Under the pieces are notes generated by a model, which was not told the origin of the DNA, made no database searches, and saw only the letters and a list, made by a program, of their open reading frames with translations. Positions 22,884 to 37,200 of a stretch of DNA of 62,483 nucleotides are shown here, piece after piece. A program made the translations under genes and the position numbers. The stretch comes from Phoronis australis (Eukaryota; Animalia; Phoronida), in NCBI GenBank assembly GCA_002633005.1, contig NMRA01000332.1, positions 400,616 to 463,098 of the forward strand. Direction: 5' to 3'. The first letter of the stretch is position 1; the number at the start of each line of letters is the position of its first letter.

Positions 22884-25082
22884 GTAAATGCGCCATTTCC
22901 AAACAAGTTTGCAATTTTTAGGGTTCGTCAGCCTTAAAAAAATACCCAGGGGGAGTGACAGCCACTGGAAACTTGAGTTCCTATATTTCAATGACATTTT
23001 AAAAATCTTGTAAGGCAGCGTACACTGGTGTCCTTTTCATAAAAGTGATTTAACACTGGAGACAAAATTTGGTCTTACATTATGTACAACTTTTCTTTTA
23101 GTGAAATCAGTAATGAAATCTTACTGGCGCACAAGAGCAAAGCCTCGTAGAATATACACATAACTGTTAGTTACAGCCATAATTTCTATCAATTATTTCA
23201 AGACTCTGATGCACTCATTACTTGGCTCAACTTAGTCCAGCAGTTGTGAAGACGGAACGTACAACCAACTCTCTGTCTCAAGTCTTAATCCAGCCACTTT
23301 CATGAATCGAACCCTAGGACTCCAAAATAAAAACCGTTACGAAGTGTGTCTTTTAAAACACGACAATAATAAAGTGAACTTTCTCCAAATGGACAGTGGA
23401 CCTTATCAAAGTGAATCATTCAGAATGTACCGCAATATGATAAATACGAAAATAATCCTACACTATTTGGTGATCTTCCGTCTCCTATTCCGGCGCAGGT
23501 GATGCTATTCATCTAATTGGGGTTTCCTTCTGTCTTAATCGGAATTTGCAGTCCCCGGCTGGAAGACTGTTCACGTACACCCTAAGAGGGAATTTCGCGT
23601 CGGTACATTTTGGCACTCATATGAGTTAGAACTAATTCATGTAAGTACCCTCCCGTAGTTCCATAAAGACGCAAGCCATGTATAACGTGTAACGCGCTCA
23701 GACCTGAAAATTGACAATTTCTTTAAGTGAATTTCGTTGAAACATGCGTAGGCTATCGAGAATTCTGGTAGATGTCTCCAAAACTACGAAGCGTTTTCTT
23801 ATGTCGCAAATGGTTTCGCTGTTCTCTTGGCAATGGCAACAGTCCTACTTACGTAAGGAAGTGTTCTTCACAATCGGCTATAAACCTTCGACCCGGCTAG
23901 AATTCAACTTTTGATTTAATCACTCACCACTATGAACTTGGTCTCAAATAACTTGTTTCTTACTCAGGTGAGGAGTGATTTCTTGGTTTGAAAAAAGACA
24001 GTTCGTTTTCCTTGAGATTACGATTGGCGCAGTAACATAACAAAACTGGCCCAGAGCCTCGTTTCAAGCAACAAGTGTCAGTTCTCTCGAAGCCCTGATA
24101 TCGCCTCCAACACTAACGGATAACTCGAGAACATGTTCCTGAAACTGACTTAAGTTCATTTTTGACTTAACTTTAAGATTTGTCTTAAATTCCAAACTTT
24201 GAAACTTCCACATTCGGTAAGTAAGTCAAAATTAAGACAAAACTTATGACACACAATTAAGTCGAACTTAAGATATCTTTCATGAATGGTTTTGAGACAA
24301 ATTTAACTTGTATTTTAAAATTTACTAAAATTTAAGATTTGTCTTAGCTAAGCCAGTTTTGTTGGAACGGGCCCCTGTTTTATAAAAGTAAAAACTCTAA
24401 GTCAAAAGTCGTTTTGTGAGGGAATACAATGGTTTGTTAATCATTTGGATTTCATTTGGTGTGATTCGCTTATTTGGCAATTGGACAACAATTAGTGTGA
24501 GGGATGAAACTTTGGTCGGTTCTATGATGAAACAGTCTACAGAGATATTCTTACTAAGAATTCTAAGTGGCAATCCAAAGTATTTCAACGAGTGGTGCGA
24601 AGAACAACTACCTAAAATCACAATTAACTACGTACATAAGCAGAACAACCGACCAATCACAAACAAGAACTAGAAAAAGTGGACTGTAGAAAAGAGGAAT
24701 TGACAAGGTGAAAAAGTGAACTGGTCTGGTCAGCAGAAAAGTCAAAGGGCGCAGACTGATCTCTGGCAGCAAATGAATTTAAGCATCAATAAAAATATCC
24801 AATTAGTGCCAGTGTGTGTCACAGGAAACCATAGAAATGCAAATAAACACGCTAATGGACTGTCTCACCAATGCCAAATTTATACATGTAGGCCGAGATA
24901 TATTCATGATACTGTACACACAGTAGAACAGGGACTTGGAGCTGCATTGACCTGCTTTTTACCTGGGTTTTCAAGCTCAAAAACAGTAAAAACTGTTGTG
25001 CCACCAACTTGCACAATGCTGCCGTTCAGAAGTAATCAACGTCGTGTGGTCAAATCACATATCTTTTGTTCGCACCCAATGT

Positions 25083-25992
25083 CTGCGATCTCCCTGGTTT
25101 TTAAATTAATATGCTCAGCTTTCTTCAGCAGCTTCTGCTAGGAAACCTTGCATCTAGCGCAAACTCTTGAAAACTGAACCACAAACGACTCATATATTCA
25201 TACTATCTGGAAGAGATAACCAATAACGTGAGCTTCCTCGTTATCCCTCAAACGATGGCTGCCAAGGTCTCTCTCAGAGAATAGTAGACAAACGTTGCCG
25301 GCATTATTACCTGCCTGTGGATGTTAGCCACCAGTTAGGAAGACGTGGTTCCAGATGTCGTCACCAGATACAAAGTGTCTTCCATTGACGCGTCCAGCGA
25401 CATATCGCAGTGCGTCGTCTGTGATGTTTTCGCATATCCATTGTAGGACCTCTAAGCTTTCGATATTTCTGGACTTGATTTTCGTGTCTGGGCTAAAGGC
25501 ACCCGTTTGACGAAAGATATGTTGGATATTTGAGCAGTAGGAATCCGTACCTTTCTTGAACAAAACTTTGGAAATTTCATGAAATATTTCGCCATCATTT
25601 TGCGGTCCCACAACAAGCAATTTAGATGGAGACTCGAAGACTCGGTGAAAGAATTCGGAATCATACGGAGCAAAATATGGTCCCGCTTGAACAACAACGC
25701 CAATGAAGGATGCGGCGAAATATATACCCAATCGGCTGACGTCATTCCGCTCATACACATGACGTCACCCTTTTTTAAACCAATAGCCAGCATTCCTTTC
25801 GCGTAGCCACGAGCTATGTTCCAGTTTCTTGAAATGAATCCTTTCATTGGTGTCACAAACAACAAAGACCGCGTGATCAGGAACTTCTCGTGCTGCCTCG
25901 TCCAGGAGCTGATCGATAGACCCTGATATTGGCCTGTTACTTGCCGCATGCCATTAGCTCATCGTTATTTCTCTTTTTGTCACGTCTTCCAT
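25083..25992 (-). pseudogene. Pseudogene copy of the ACSF2-like gene
   Basis: Same start (ATG at 25992). An early TAT>TAA stop in M-S-Y-W-H, several frameshifting indels, and an internal deletion at ~25187 that removes the region equivalent to ~18007-18854. Confidence 0.9.
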
Positions 25993-26695
25993 CTTTTATG
26001 AACAGTTCGTTTACCTTCTTCCAATGCCGTTGTGTGACTGTTTTACGGTCGACGTGCAATGTATATTATAAAACACGCGTTATACACAGACACCACTGAG
26101 TAATTCTAGGGTACTACTGCATCGCTTAATCAGAGGTTGTTTTCCCGTTTGACCAATATCCATAGTAGCTAGTATGTGTAAGCGAGTGAAGTGGCAGTCT
26201 TCCGGCAAGAGGTCTCGACACCATAAAATGTGGGGGAAATAAACCCGTGGTCGGTATCAAGCTATCTACAGAAATACTTACAGCTTTCAATTTGAACTTT
26301 TACTTTTAAACCTTTTGGCTTTGGACTCGTCGGTTTTAGTGGACCCTTACTAAAAGGGATACTATAATTAATCTTGTTTTGGTGATTTCAACCAATCCTT
26401 GTTCCGCGTCACTTGACCTGCTAATGCGTCATTGGTGTCAAGAGTGAAAGATAAAAGCAATAATCAACTAAAAATTCACACCCCTACCTCACAAATTCGA
26501 CATTCATATGGTCCTTGGTGGATGGTCTTTTCCCACAGTTTCCGTGCCGAATTCGGTAGACTCCGTGACGATTGCCCGTTTAGCAGACTTTGAAGGCGTT
26601 TTCATTTTCCATAAACTTTTGAGGGTTGCCGAGGGTGACAGAGCTTTATTTGTTGTAGAGAATTGAATGGGAAAGTCGTTTGGTGGGCTTGGTAT

Positions 26696-26855
26696 CAGTG
26701 GCGGACTTAGAGGGGGCCAAGGGGGACATAACCCCCCCTAAAAATCTCCCAGATTCCATTTGGCAGTTCGGGTGTGCGAATATCTGACCCACGGGCAATA
26801 TCGTGGCTAATATTCTGCCCTGGCCCCCTAAGTTAAAATCCTGGATCCGCCCCTA
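26696..26855 (+). mobile_element. MITE family C copy
   Basis: Homologous to 12291-12447, with CAGTGGCGGA.../..GGATCCGCCCCT ends. Confidence 0.75.
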
Positions 26856-28237
26856 TCCTCGTTCTGCCACTTGCTGGAATGCATCATTGGCGTCCCAATT
26901 GCGTGATAAAAGCAGGTTTCAAATAGGCCTTGTGGTTCTTGGTGGGTGCGGTCTTTCCTAACAGTTGTGTAACTCATTCAAAGCGTTGGCCACGCTTGTT
27001 CGCTTGGCTGACTGTGCAAGAAATTTTCAAATTTTGATCAAAGCATTTGAGGATTTGGAGGGTCAGGGTTACAGTGCATATTTTTGTGTCAGAGAACTAT
27101 ATGGTAACGTCGTTTTTATTATCTGTTAATGGTCAAAACCGGGTTTGGTACGACACTTTTAAATGACTGAGGCTGATGATGATAGAAATCGAATGGATGT
27201 GTTATACATTTGTACTAATCTTGTAGCTATATTTAGTGTTAAATAAACCGTCTTGTATCCAGTCTGTTCTTTCTCTCTATGTAAGATGTCACCGCGGTTC
27301 TTTCCCTTGCGATACAAACGAATCAGAAAGTTACGCATGCCCGCACCGAGCCTAAAATTTTGGGGGTCGACTTTTTCAGTATGTGGACCTTTTACTAAAA
27401 AAAACGGTGACTAAAAACTGGGTACTAAGTTTAGTCTTATGAATTTGTGCATTCGCGCCAAATTCCTGTGGACTTTTGTCTCGTTTTCTCAGACTTTTAA
27501 TTGGCCTGCCTGTTGTCATAGACAAAAGACTGTGCTTGGCAGTTAACCAAGAAGCTAGATGTTATCATCCGCTCACAGCCCTCTACGTCTCAGTGGTGCC
27601 ACCAGACGTAGAGGAAAGGAAAAACTCATGGTTTGGAAGCCGACTGGGAGCCAACTTGAGCACAGCCTATAGGGCCCCAGTTATCGTAAATCCGCCACTA
27701 AATTCAAGAAACCACACAATGTCTCTGGCGTCTGATGCCTCCATCGCGGTTCTTCTTAATTGCGTTATCAACAATTAAAACGATCGAAATGCCTATTTTT
27801 TGGCGGGCGGGCGCACTGATGATTAGTCATGATAACTGTCTATAACAATAAAATAAAGTGCGGGTAAGTGGCGGGATTAAAAACAAGTTTTATTGTTCAT
27901 TGAGTAAGGTTGATATTCCAGATTTAACCTGTGAACGTCTATTTCCAATGAGATGGCATGTTGCTATAATTTTAATTTTTCAACGGTTTTGTTCAGTATA
28001 GCATTGAACTCTAACCGTTGAAAAATTACCTACATTGACACATTCTTAACGGACTGACCTGTTCTTAACAGCAGTAATGGACCAAAATTTATCATTTTTA
28101 ACGTTGAACGTTTAACGCTGAGTGGCCATGCGGAAGCACCACTGAAGCCGGGTACTGAGGCCTATAACCTGGGACTAGGTAGGCTACTGGCGTCGTCTGC
28201 ATGACGCATGCGTACATGTATCTGAAGTTGGTCAGTC

Positions 28238-31200
28238 ATGGCTTCCGTCCTGTTCGTAATTGTGATTCCAAAAGCGGAGAAACCTGAAATACACAGCGAC
28301 AGTGAAAAAGATGTCAATACAGAGAAATCCAAAGACACAGATGTGCAACCTAATGTGACTGAGACCAGCAAAGCTGTCAAAACTGGTGATCCAACCGCTA
28401 AAACAGACACAGAAAGCGATTCATCCACTGATCTCGAGAAAAGTGCGGACAAGATTCAAACCACCACCTCATGTAAAAACACTGAAAAAAGCATACCGGG
28501 ACAACAAACTGTTGATGACACACCGACAATAGCCGACAGAGCGGCAGGGGACGGTGCATTGACTGCCATTGCGAAAGTAAATGCTACAGAAAACACACCC
28601 GTTGTGTCTCTTGTGAATGAGAAATCTAGTGAGACTTCGTATGACTCCGAGAAGACGAAAGATGCAGAGTGTGAAAATAAAGGAAGTGAACCAGCAACTG
28701 ACACGTTGGATAGTGTGTCTCTGATGCTGCCTGTTTCTGGTGACAAACAGAAAGACACTGCCAGCAACATGAGTTTGTGCAGTTTCTTGTATGCGGATTC
28801 CATGGAGGAGGTTTGTCAACGGTCAAATTTAGCCACGTAGCCATGGGAGTGGGAGTGTATTCTGATCTGTTAGTTAACATCAAGTATATACCATAGAAGG
28901 GAGTAGTGTGTACGCCATTACACAGTGACATAGATGTGCCACCAAAGGTCAGATATATAGATCTATGGCATCTATGCAGTGGAAGGCTGAAGAGGTTTTC
29001 AATCTCACTGTGTGATCATAACGTGTGCATGTCGATGTCCATTGCTTGATTATCAACTGGGTATTCATTGTCTGATCCAAGCAGCAGGTATATATGCATT
29101 TCACATTGTGGCGAGATTCCAAACCTCATCAGAGCAGCAGGTTACCACGCGTGTCGTGTAGTTCGGTGGCAAGATTGCCAGCATCGTCGGGACTTTCGAC
29201 ACATTTATGTTACTATATGTAATGATGTGTGCACTACTCCATTCTGTACTGATGGTGTATATTAGAAGCATGTTCTAACAGATTGAAATAAGCTAGCTAT
29301 GACTAGCTATAGTATGACAAAACATCTGTCATGGGTGGTGCACCCTAGGGGGCTATAGCCCCCCTCCCACTTATTTCAGTGCTGCGCCGCCCATGGCTTT
29401 GCACCATGGCTAAGTCAAAGTGGGCACCAGTTGAGTATAGCGGTTTCTGATTTTGATAACAATGCAACCACTGTGAAGAGCTGTTGTAGACTTGGTGATT
29501 TTACCTCAAATGGTGACCAGACCTGTTACTTGGCACACAAATGTATTGTATGTCAACTGGTGTTTTGCAAATCACCGATTTTGTCATGATATAGCGCCGA
29601 TGACAATATGAGAGCCACATACTACATGAATACTGCAAAACTTACCCTACGAGCAAGTACCCTTCTAGTACGGGCTTTGTTGTTCGGATCTTATGATTGA
29701 AGGAAGTAAATATATTGTAGCCTGGTGTACAACAATTTTTCTTAGAGGATATATATGATTGCTGAATCTAGGATTTTAATTTTGACAGGCCAAACATATC
29801 ACACACATCTGCGAAGCTTAGAATTTAATTCCCTCTAGTTTTTCCTTTTTGACGTCATTTCTGAGATCTGTCCTGACTGCTGATTTATATGATACGTGGC
29901 TTTGGTGATGTTCCTCTGGTAATGTTCCCCTGGTGGACCTGGCAATGATTACTTTTTTTTTCCCAAATGCTTTTGCAAGAGTCAAAATGCCACACTGGAA
30001 AGTTATGCAGTTGAATAGTTTTTACCTAATTGGTCTCTTGCATATGGGATTTAGCGTTAGACAATGGATATTTGGTGCACTAGTACCTGCCTTTTCAAAG
30101 TGCAGTGAAACACACCCTACTAAGCTGGGTCCAACCAAACCGTGCTCGGATTTTTTCCGAAAATGACAAATCCAATTTAATTTCTGAAGTGCCGAGTGCA
30201 CGAGCCAGAATAATAATTGCGCTACTAGTACTAGTTAACGTTTATCAGTGTTAATTGAAAATCTGAATCATGCTTGTCCGTCATCCATGAGTTTTATGCT
30301 TACGATTGTGCTAGAGCGTTAGCTTGCTAATTCAGGCCAATGTAGACTGTAGTACATGGGCTACCATTTCTGTATATTTTCAATGGACGAAATCTGGGAT
30401 CTCACGCATAAGCTGTAATGTCACTATACACTAGCGACACCTGGCAGACATAGCATGTTTTACTTCCGGCATATAAGTCGTCTGCTAATCATCGTCGGCT
30501 GTTGTCAAAAGTACTCACGACACCAACAGTTCTGCTATTGGAAGACTTTGAACAGCATTTCAATGCCAATTTTTTTTTTGTTGTACTGGACAGTAAAATA
30601 GATGCAGGAATTTCCTGTCACAATACACTAACCCTAAGTTGAATTTGCTTCATTTAGAGGGCGGTGCCTCCTCTAGGACATTACGCAAGACAATGTCGTA
30701 ATTGCAAATCTGTTTTCTATGATACACGATGCCAAATAATCTGGAATCTTTGTGATTTTAGCTCCTAAAAATTGATTTGGCAAGCGGCAAATTTTTTTGA
30801 ATAGGCTCCACCAGTCTTTGCCTTTCTCACTCTTACAAGACCCTTCTTTGTTTGTTGGCTGCTACTTTTCTAGAGTTTGTATTACACTTTTTGGTAATTT
30901 GAGGTTGACTCCTTTGATTCAGAAATAATATGGGCAATAGTCTAATATAATGTGCCCGCATTTTGAGAACCAGTTTGATGCCCGTTATTTAGTGGGGAAA
31001 ACTGGTTCTCAAAATTCGGGCACGTTATGTCAGACCATTACCGTAATATGTTTCCTTTCAGACACTAAGAGCAGTCCTCTCAAATTTTGATGTACAGCAC
31101 ACAGTTTGGACAGCAACGGAAGACAAGAAATATTTTCAGGTTTGAACTTTAGCAAGTCTGCATTTAGCCGAATGAAATGTCTATTGGCCTATGGTAGTTC

Positions 31201-34200
31201 TCCACTTATCCACTTATATCACACTTAAATAATTACCAAAATTGCCACGTTTCAAAGGCTGATTACTTTGCTATTGATAGTGAAACTTAACTGTTTGTTT
31301 CATGACATCTACACAGTACAAATCATCCTAGTAATGGATGAAAATTGTCTTAATCTTTATTTTTGTGAAGAAATTTGGCAAAATGAAATTTCACTTGTTG
31401 GCCATGTTGGGTGCAGAATTACCATAAATATGGTCATATCATCACAATAAGTTGGGAGGTTTTCTGTAGCAACAAGGTCACTTATGGTAGATAAGTGCTT
31501 CTAATGCAAATGTCATTATCGTGTGACTATATTGCTCTAATGTCTGCGTGAAAACTTGTAATACCGTGTGCAGTCCACAAAATAGCAAAAGAAAGATATA
31601 ATAGAGCTGTGAACTCTGTGAATAAAAAATATAAGGTAACATCTTACCAATGGTATACAGCAAGGTGGACAAAGGTAATGTTAGTTCTTCATTTTTCACG
31701 TTTCGTTAAATGTCAAATGATTCAGTGCTGCATTGTTAATAGTGTCTTTCATACAGTGTTTTGATAAACTGTGGGTATTAATAACAGTGTCAGATGCCAG
31801 TTTCAAAAATGAAAAAAGGTCAACTTTGGCAAATTTTATTTTTGTCCAAAATCAGTGAGATTTTACCGTCCCACTTAATGTGTTGGACAGTTTATATGAA
31901 CATGCCATTTCAAGTGCTTGACCTTTGCAGGTCATAGAATTTTGCACTTTTAAGATAATTTCCTCTTTTTTGTTTTTTCTTTTATTTGATTACCAGTTTC
32001 CTGTTTTTTGTCTCTTTTATTTTGACTTTATTCATGCAAAAACGTTTATTTCAGTTACACAAAAATGTGTCTATCACACAAGTCTATTTGTGGAAAAATC
32101 ACCTGGAAAATTTTCCTCTTTTTTGCCATTTGTCATTTCCAAGCCCTGCCTTTGGCAGTGATAGACCATTTCTCAGCTTGTGTCTTGCAGTGCTGTATTA
32201 CAACTGTACAGTACCTGCCAAAAGTAATGGAGCAAAATATCATTTCGTCGTCATGATGGGTAATGACCCTTCATGACCCATTGCGCCAGTGCATTCTGGC
32301 TTCTCTGATTTTGAATTCTGTTTACAGTCATGATGCGGAGTCCCACTTGTGCTTAAGCTGGCACGACTGGGAAATCTAGGTCGTTTTGTCGGATTATTTT
32401 TCGCATGTACCGTACATTCTAGAATTTATACATTCTACTAATTTGGAGGTAACTGTTGTTTGACAGCGTGGCCACTGTTTTAACAACAGTTTTTTCCTCT
32501 ATTGAACTGCAATTCTGTTGCTTAGGTGACCTTCGTGGAAGAGGCTGGCGAACGATGTGAAGGAATCATCAACCAGCTTGTCAGCCATGGCATCGGGAAA
32601 CGGTCAGATTCTACCATCAGGTCTGTCGCAGTTTACATTCACTGACTTAATGATGAGACATACACCGTGTCTTCTTTGTAAGTGCCCTTCTATGTACAAG
32701 TCAGCATCTTCCCCCAGCTGTTTTCTGATTTTTTAAGGCGCCGATATGAGCTCCTGAGTAAAGGTCTGAGTTCGGTCCAGCAAGACCAGGAGATTGTATC
32801 TAAGTAAGGCTAAATCCAACTTACCTGAAGTACAGAGTTCAAAAACTAGAAAAAGTTTGCTGCAAAACCGCCTGATTTAAGAAAAAATCTGACTTGTTCA
32901 AATTTTGTTGTACTTAGTACATTGGAGCGTGCGATTTCTAATTTCATGTTTCTACCTTACAGTGTAATTCCAGTCTCTATACATGTTGAACAAGATAGTT
33001 CTGATGAAGACGGCACTTCTGAAGATGAGACAGGGTGAGTTGTCAGATGAATTATTTACCGTTGCGGAATCGCACCAATTTGGGTCGCAAATTAGCTGAC
33101 AAGAGATAAGTGACTCTAAATAAATGCCATATCATCCTTTCTATACTGCAGCTGCCCTCAGACAATGATTCTGTAAGGTAATGGGGATTCATGGCAAAGT
33201 TAGAAGCCTTTGAAACTGAAAAAATAAGACCTCTGCTTTTTCAAAATAACATCATCATTGTCTTATCCTTTCGCTTTATTATGTTGCCACTTTAATTACA
33301 CTAAGTCTGCTGGGCACATCTTTTTGAAAAAAGGCACATTTTTTATTGTCACCCCCAGGTGCTTCCAAAGGGCACAGGTTCAAACCTAGTCAGGAATATC
33401 TTTGAATCAAGAAATTTGGTTATGTGTTAAATACTGCTGTTTTGCAAATTAAAAGATCCTTTGGCTAAATTTTACTTAAACTTTGCGCCAGCCATGGTCA
33501 TTGTCGCAAATATGCATTCAAATGTGAACATTAAAAAATATTGCTGCTCTTTAGTTTTACTCTTCAACATTGAAATAGCTTATTTATCCAGAAATATTTG
33601 TGTGTAAAGATCGATAGAGACTACGATCACGACTCAGTGGTTTTTAGTATTGGAGACGCCGTAAATCGTGTTTTCCAGACAATCCGGTGATGCTGAGAGA
33701 AAAGGGTTGTTGAAGGAATTGTTTGATAAAAAGTCAGAATTCAGCAAGTCTGTCAAGGCTCGGATAGCGGTACACCAGGTAACTTGTAGGCCTATGATCC
33801 TTTCTGTGAGGCTGTGACAATACTCAGAATAAGATGTATTGCTAAGTTGATGTAGGACCCCAGAATAATGTCCAAGTTTGTCTAACGTCGGAGCAGCACA
33901 TCTCAGAAATGGCTGATTAAATTCACATGAAACACATTGTGTTTTATTCATTCATTTTCAAAATGCTATAGGAATTGCCTGTGGAATAAGATTTTTATGA
34001 AGAAACTCACAAAAGTGCATAAGAGGAAAACGAAATGATAGTTTAGAAAACTGTAACAGCATTTTTAAATCAATTGCTACAGGCTTTCTTGTTTCATCAA
34101 TTATTCAAAATGATTGATTCCTATTTGAATGACATATTATAGCAAAACTTCAGTTTTGGGCCTCAGAAGTGAGTCCTTCTACTACCAAACAACGGGGTAC

Positions 34201-37200
34201 ACTATGTTAATGTAGGTGGCCAAACTTTTGAGCTCGAATTGTGACATAATATGCTACTATATACTTCTACTGAGTTAAATTCTATAGCTTTGTAAATATT
34301 TGGCTGAGTGCTGAGATTTGTCGATAAGTTCCTACGTCTAACATAACCTTAACCAAGGAATACATTATTTTTTAGGATTAACGATTCACAAGGCACTTTG
34401 ATTGTATTTTACTAAGATATGTGCAAGTGTTAAGGTCCATGTGCTTATATGTTAAGCTTCGCCTGTTACCACAAGTATGCACATGTGGTTACATGTGAAA
34501 CTGTCAAATAAACTGAGGAGCAATATTCTTTGAATAATGTGTCTGAGTATAACTTGTCTTCTCGGCTACAAATGTTAGATGTCGTCACGTACTCAATTTA
34601 GCACTGATCTTACCATTAAATGAAAAGTTAGAACAGATGAAAAACATGAACACTAGCCAGTCTAAAACATGTACTCGTGCAAGGGACTACCGCTGACACC
34701 TATAGGGAAGCTTAAGTATATGTTCTTAGATGATGTGAAACACACGGGAAACAAACTTTTGCTTTCAATTGAAAAAAGTGTTTTTTCTGATAGAGTATAG
34801 CGTAATAGTCCCGTCCTCCTTTTTCGCAGTCAAAAATGAAGACATCAACATTCCTTAAATGAAAGTTTCATTTTTGACGGACAAGCTCTGTGGCTAAAGC
34901 AGCTTTAAAAAATCCCAGACACGATTTGTAACTAATAGAATAAGGGAACAGAATTTGCAAGTTGTGTGCAAAAAATAATGCAGTGATATTATTATGAATA
35001 TTAATCGTCCAATGTCCAATTGACCGTTTATTGACAGGTAGTGGTCAGTGTGCGTAACCAAGCTGCTCTTACCTTTGATTTCATCATGTTGGTTGTGTTA
35101 GCTAGGTAAGTGCACTCTAAATCTCTGTTCACACAGTCACGTTCTCTTTAATTTGGCTTGGTTTGGTCCTTGCAATCATTTAACTTTAGCCACGTGGCAC
35201 AGTTGTTTCACAGAGAGCCAGCTGTGATGTGCTGCTATTTACTGTAAGCGTCTATTTTCAGCAATAATAGACTTATTAGTCACTAAGTGTTGATAGTTAT
35301 GATTGATCCTCTTATGATAATCGTAATACCTTGACAACAGAGAGCTGTTCACCAGTGTTCAGTCAATAAAGTTTCCTCGTGGATATCCAAAATCATGCCT
35401 TTCCAGGGAACACCATTGTTTCGCTTGTGGCATCTAGTGAACTTTGAACTCCTTGTTGTTGCTGTCAAACGGCACTACAACAAACCTGGTTTTGATGTTT
35501 ACTCATGCACGATATTTTATTCAGCGAGTCCCATGCCATTTGTACAGTATTTGATAAAAGTAAAGTGAACATTGGTCGCAACAAATGTTTTCGAAAGTTC
35601 CCAGGAGAACTTATTGTTATGTGATTCAACTGAACATCAGCCTAGATTACAAAGCAGGCTCTAAGTTAAACCTCCTGTAAGTTCTTCCCCAGCTGCTCCT
35701 TATACGCTGTGTACTGTCGCACATTTACGTCGCTTTCGTTTTTTGTTTGTAGCTGTATTGCATGCCTGGGCCTGGTGGAGAACAGCTCTGTTATACTGGT
35801 AGCCAGCATGCTCGTCTCGCCATTAATGGTAACTAACACTCACTGTTTATTTAGTATTTAGTCACACGTAGTCGTGGGGACTGTACGGTTAGTTTTCAAA
35901 AATAACTTGGACAACCTCGAAATTTATAATAATGTTGCGACTCACAAAACGCGTCTAAAACGAGTTGTTTTTTACTAGTCGGACATTTCATTTCAGGCAA
36001 ATTATCGACAAAATCTCGACTGGTGCGACCCACGCACTCTGTGTCAAAATCGTGACGGCTTGTCTTGCAAGTCCATTTACAAATAAAAAATTACAGTTGC
36101 TAGGTGCAATAACGTTACATTTAACTCTGACTGAAGTTCGACATTTTATTACGACAAGTGACAACTAAATTGCCAAATTATTCTGTCGAGAGGTTATTCC
36201 AACTTTGCCAGTGTCTGACAGAGTTCTTAGTTTATTTTGAAAACTACAGTGGACTCTTGTGTAGTAGATGTATACAAATCTAGCCCTCACACGCTGACAT
36301 GGGTTGACAAAACTAGTCTGTGTTCTGTAGCCACCAGTAAATAAATTTTATGGCAGGTTTCACATTTATAACAAAAAACTTTTAATTTAGACCACTTACT
36401 GTTATGAAACTGGTCTCGAGTTGTACCTGAGTCATAATGAAGGTGGTGTCAGGACTTTGAAAGAACTGACAGATCACTGTTGCTGGAGACCAGACTCCAC
36501 GTGATTGGCTTGTTATGACATCATTGTTATGACATCATTGTTATGACATCATTGTTATGACATCATTGTTATGACATCATTGTATGCGCCAAGCATGGTC
36601 TTGAGGAATAATGAACTCTCACCTGAGAAAGTAACCAAGTTGAGATGAAATTACTTGTCAAAAGACTAGAAATTCATCTCAAAAAAGTTTGCTTTTTCGA
36701 CAGAACGTTGGTTCAAAACTGCTTTAAGCATTGAAAGTAAATAGCTAAGTGCGTATGTTCAGCNAGCTGCTCCTTATACGCTGTGTACTGTCGCACATTT
36801 ACGTCGCTTTCGTTTTTTGTTTGTAGCTGTATTGCATGCCTGGGCCTGGTGGAGAACAGCTCTGTTATACTGGTAGCCAGCATGCTCGTCTCGCCATTGA
36901 TGGTAACTAACACTGTTTATTTAGTATTTAGTCACACGTAGTCGTGGGGATTGTACGGTTAGTTTTCAAAAATAACTTGGACAACCTCGAAATTTATGTT
37001 GCGACTCACAAAACACGTCTAAAACGAGTTGTTTTTTACTAGTCGGACATTTCATTTCAGGCAAATTATCGACAAAATGTCGACTGGTGCGACCCACGCA
37101 CTCTGTGTCAAAATCGTGACGGAAAATTACAGTTGCTAGGTGCAATAACGTCACATTTAACTCTGACTGAAGTTTGACATTTTATTACGACAAATGACAA

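Larger units (their letters stand above)
16505..26283. repeat. Old tandem segmental duplication: block A ~16505-20016 vs block B ~23455-26283
   Basis: Continuous colinear similarity with many substitutions and indels over the downstream flank, CDS and upstream region of the acyl-CoA synthetase. Block B carries an extra MITE at ~24130-24377. Confidence 0.9.

Noticed and set aside
27171-27200. CUGAUGA-U-GAU-agaa-AUC-GAAU hammerhead-like motif
   Set aside because: GAAU instead of GAAA, and no helix III, NUH site or helix I.
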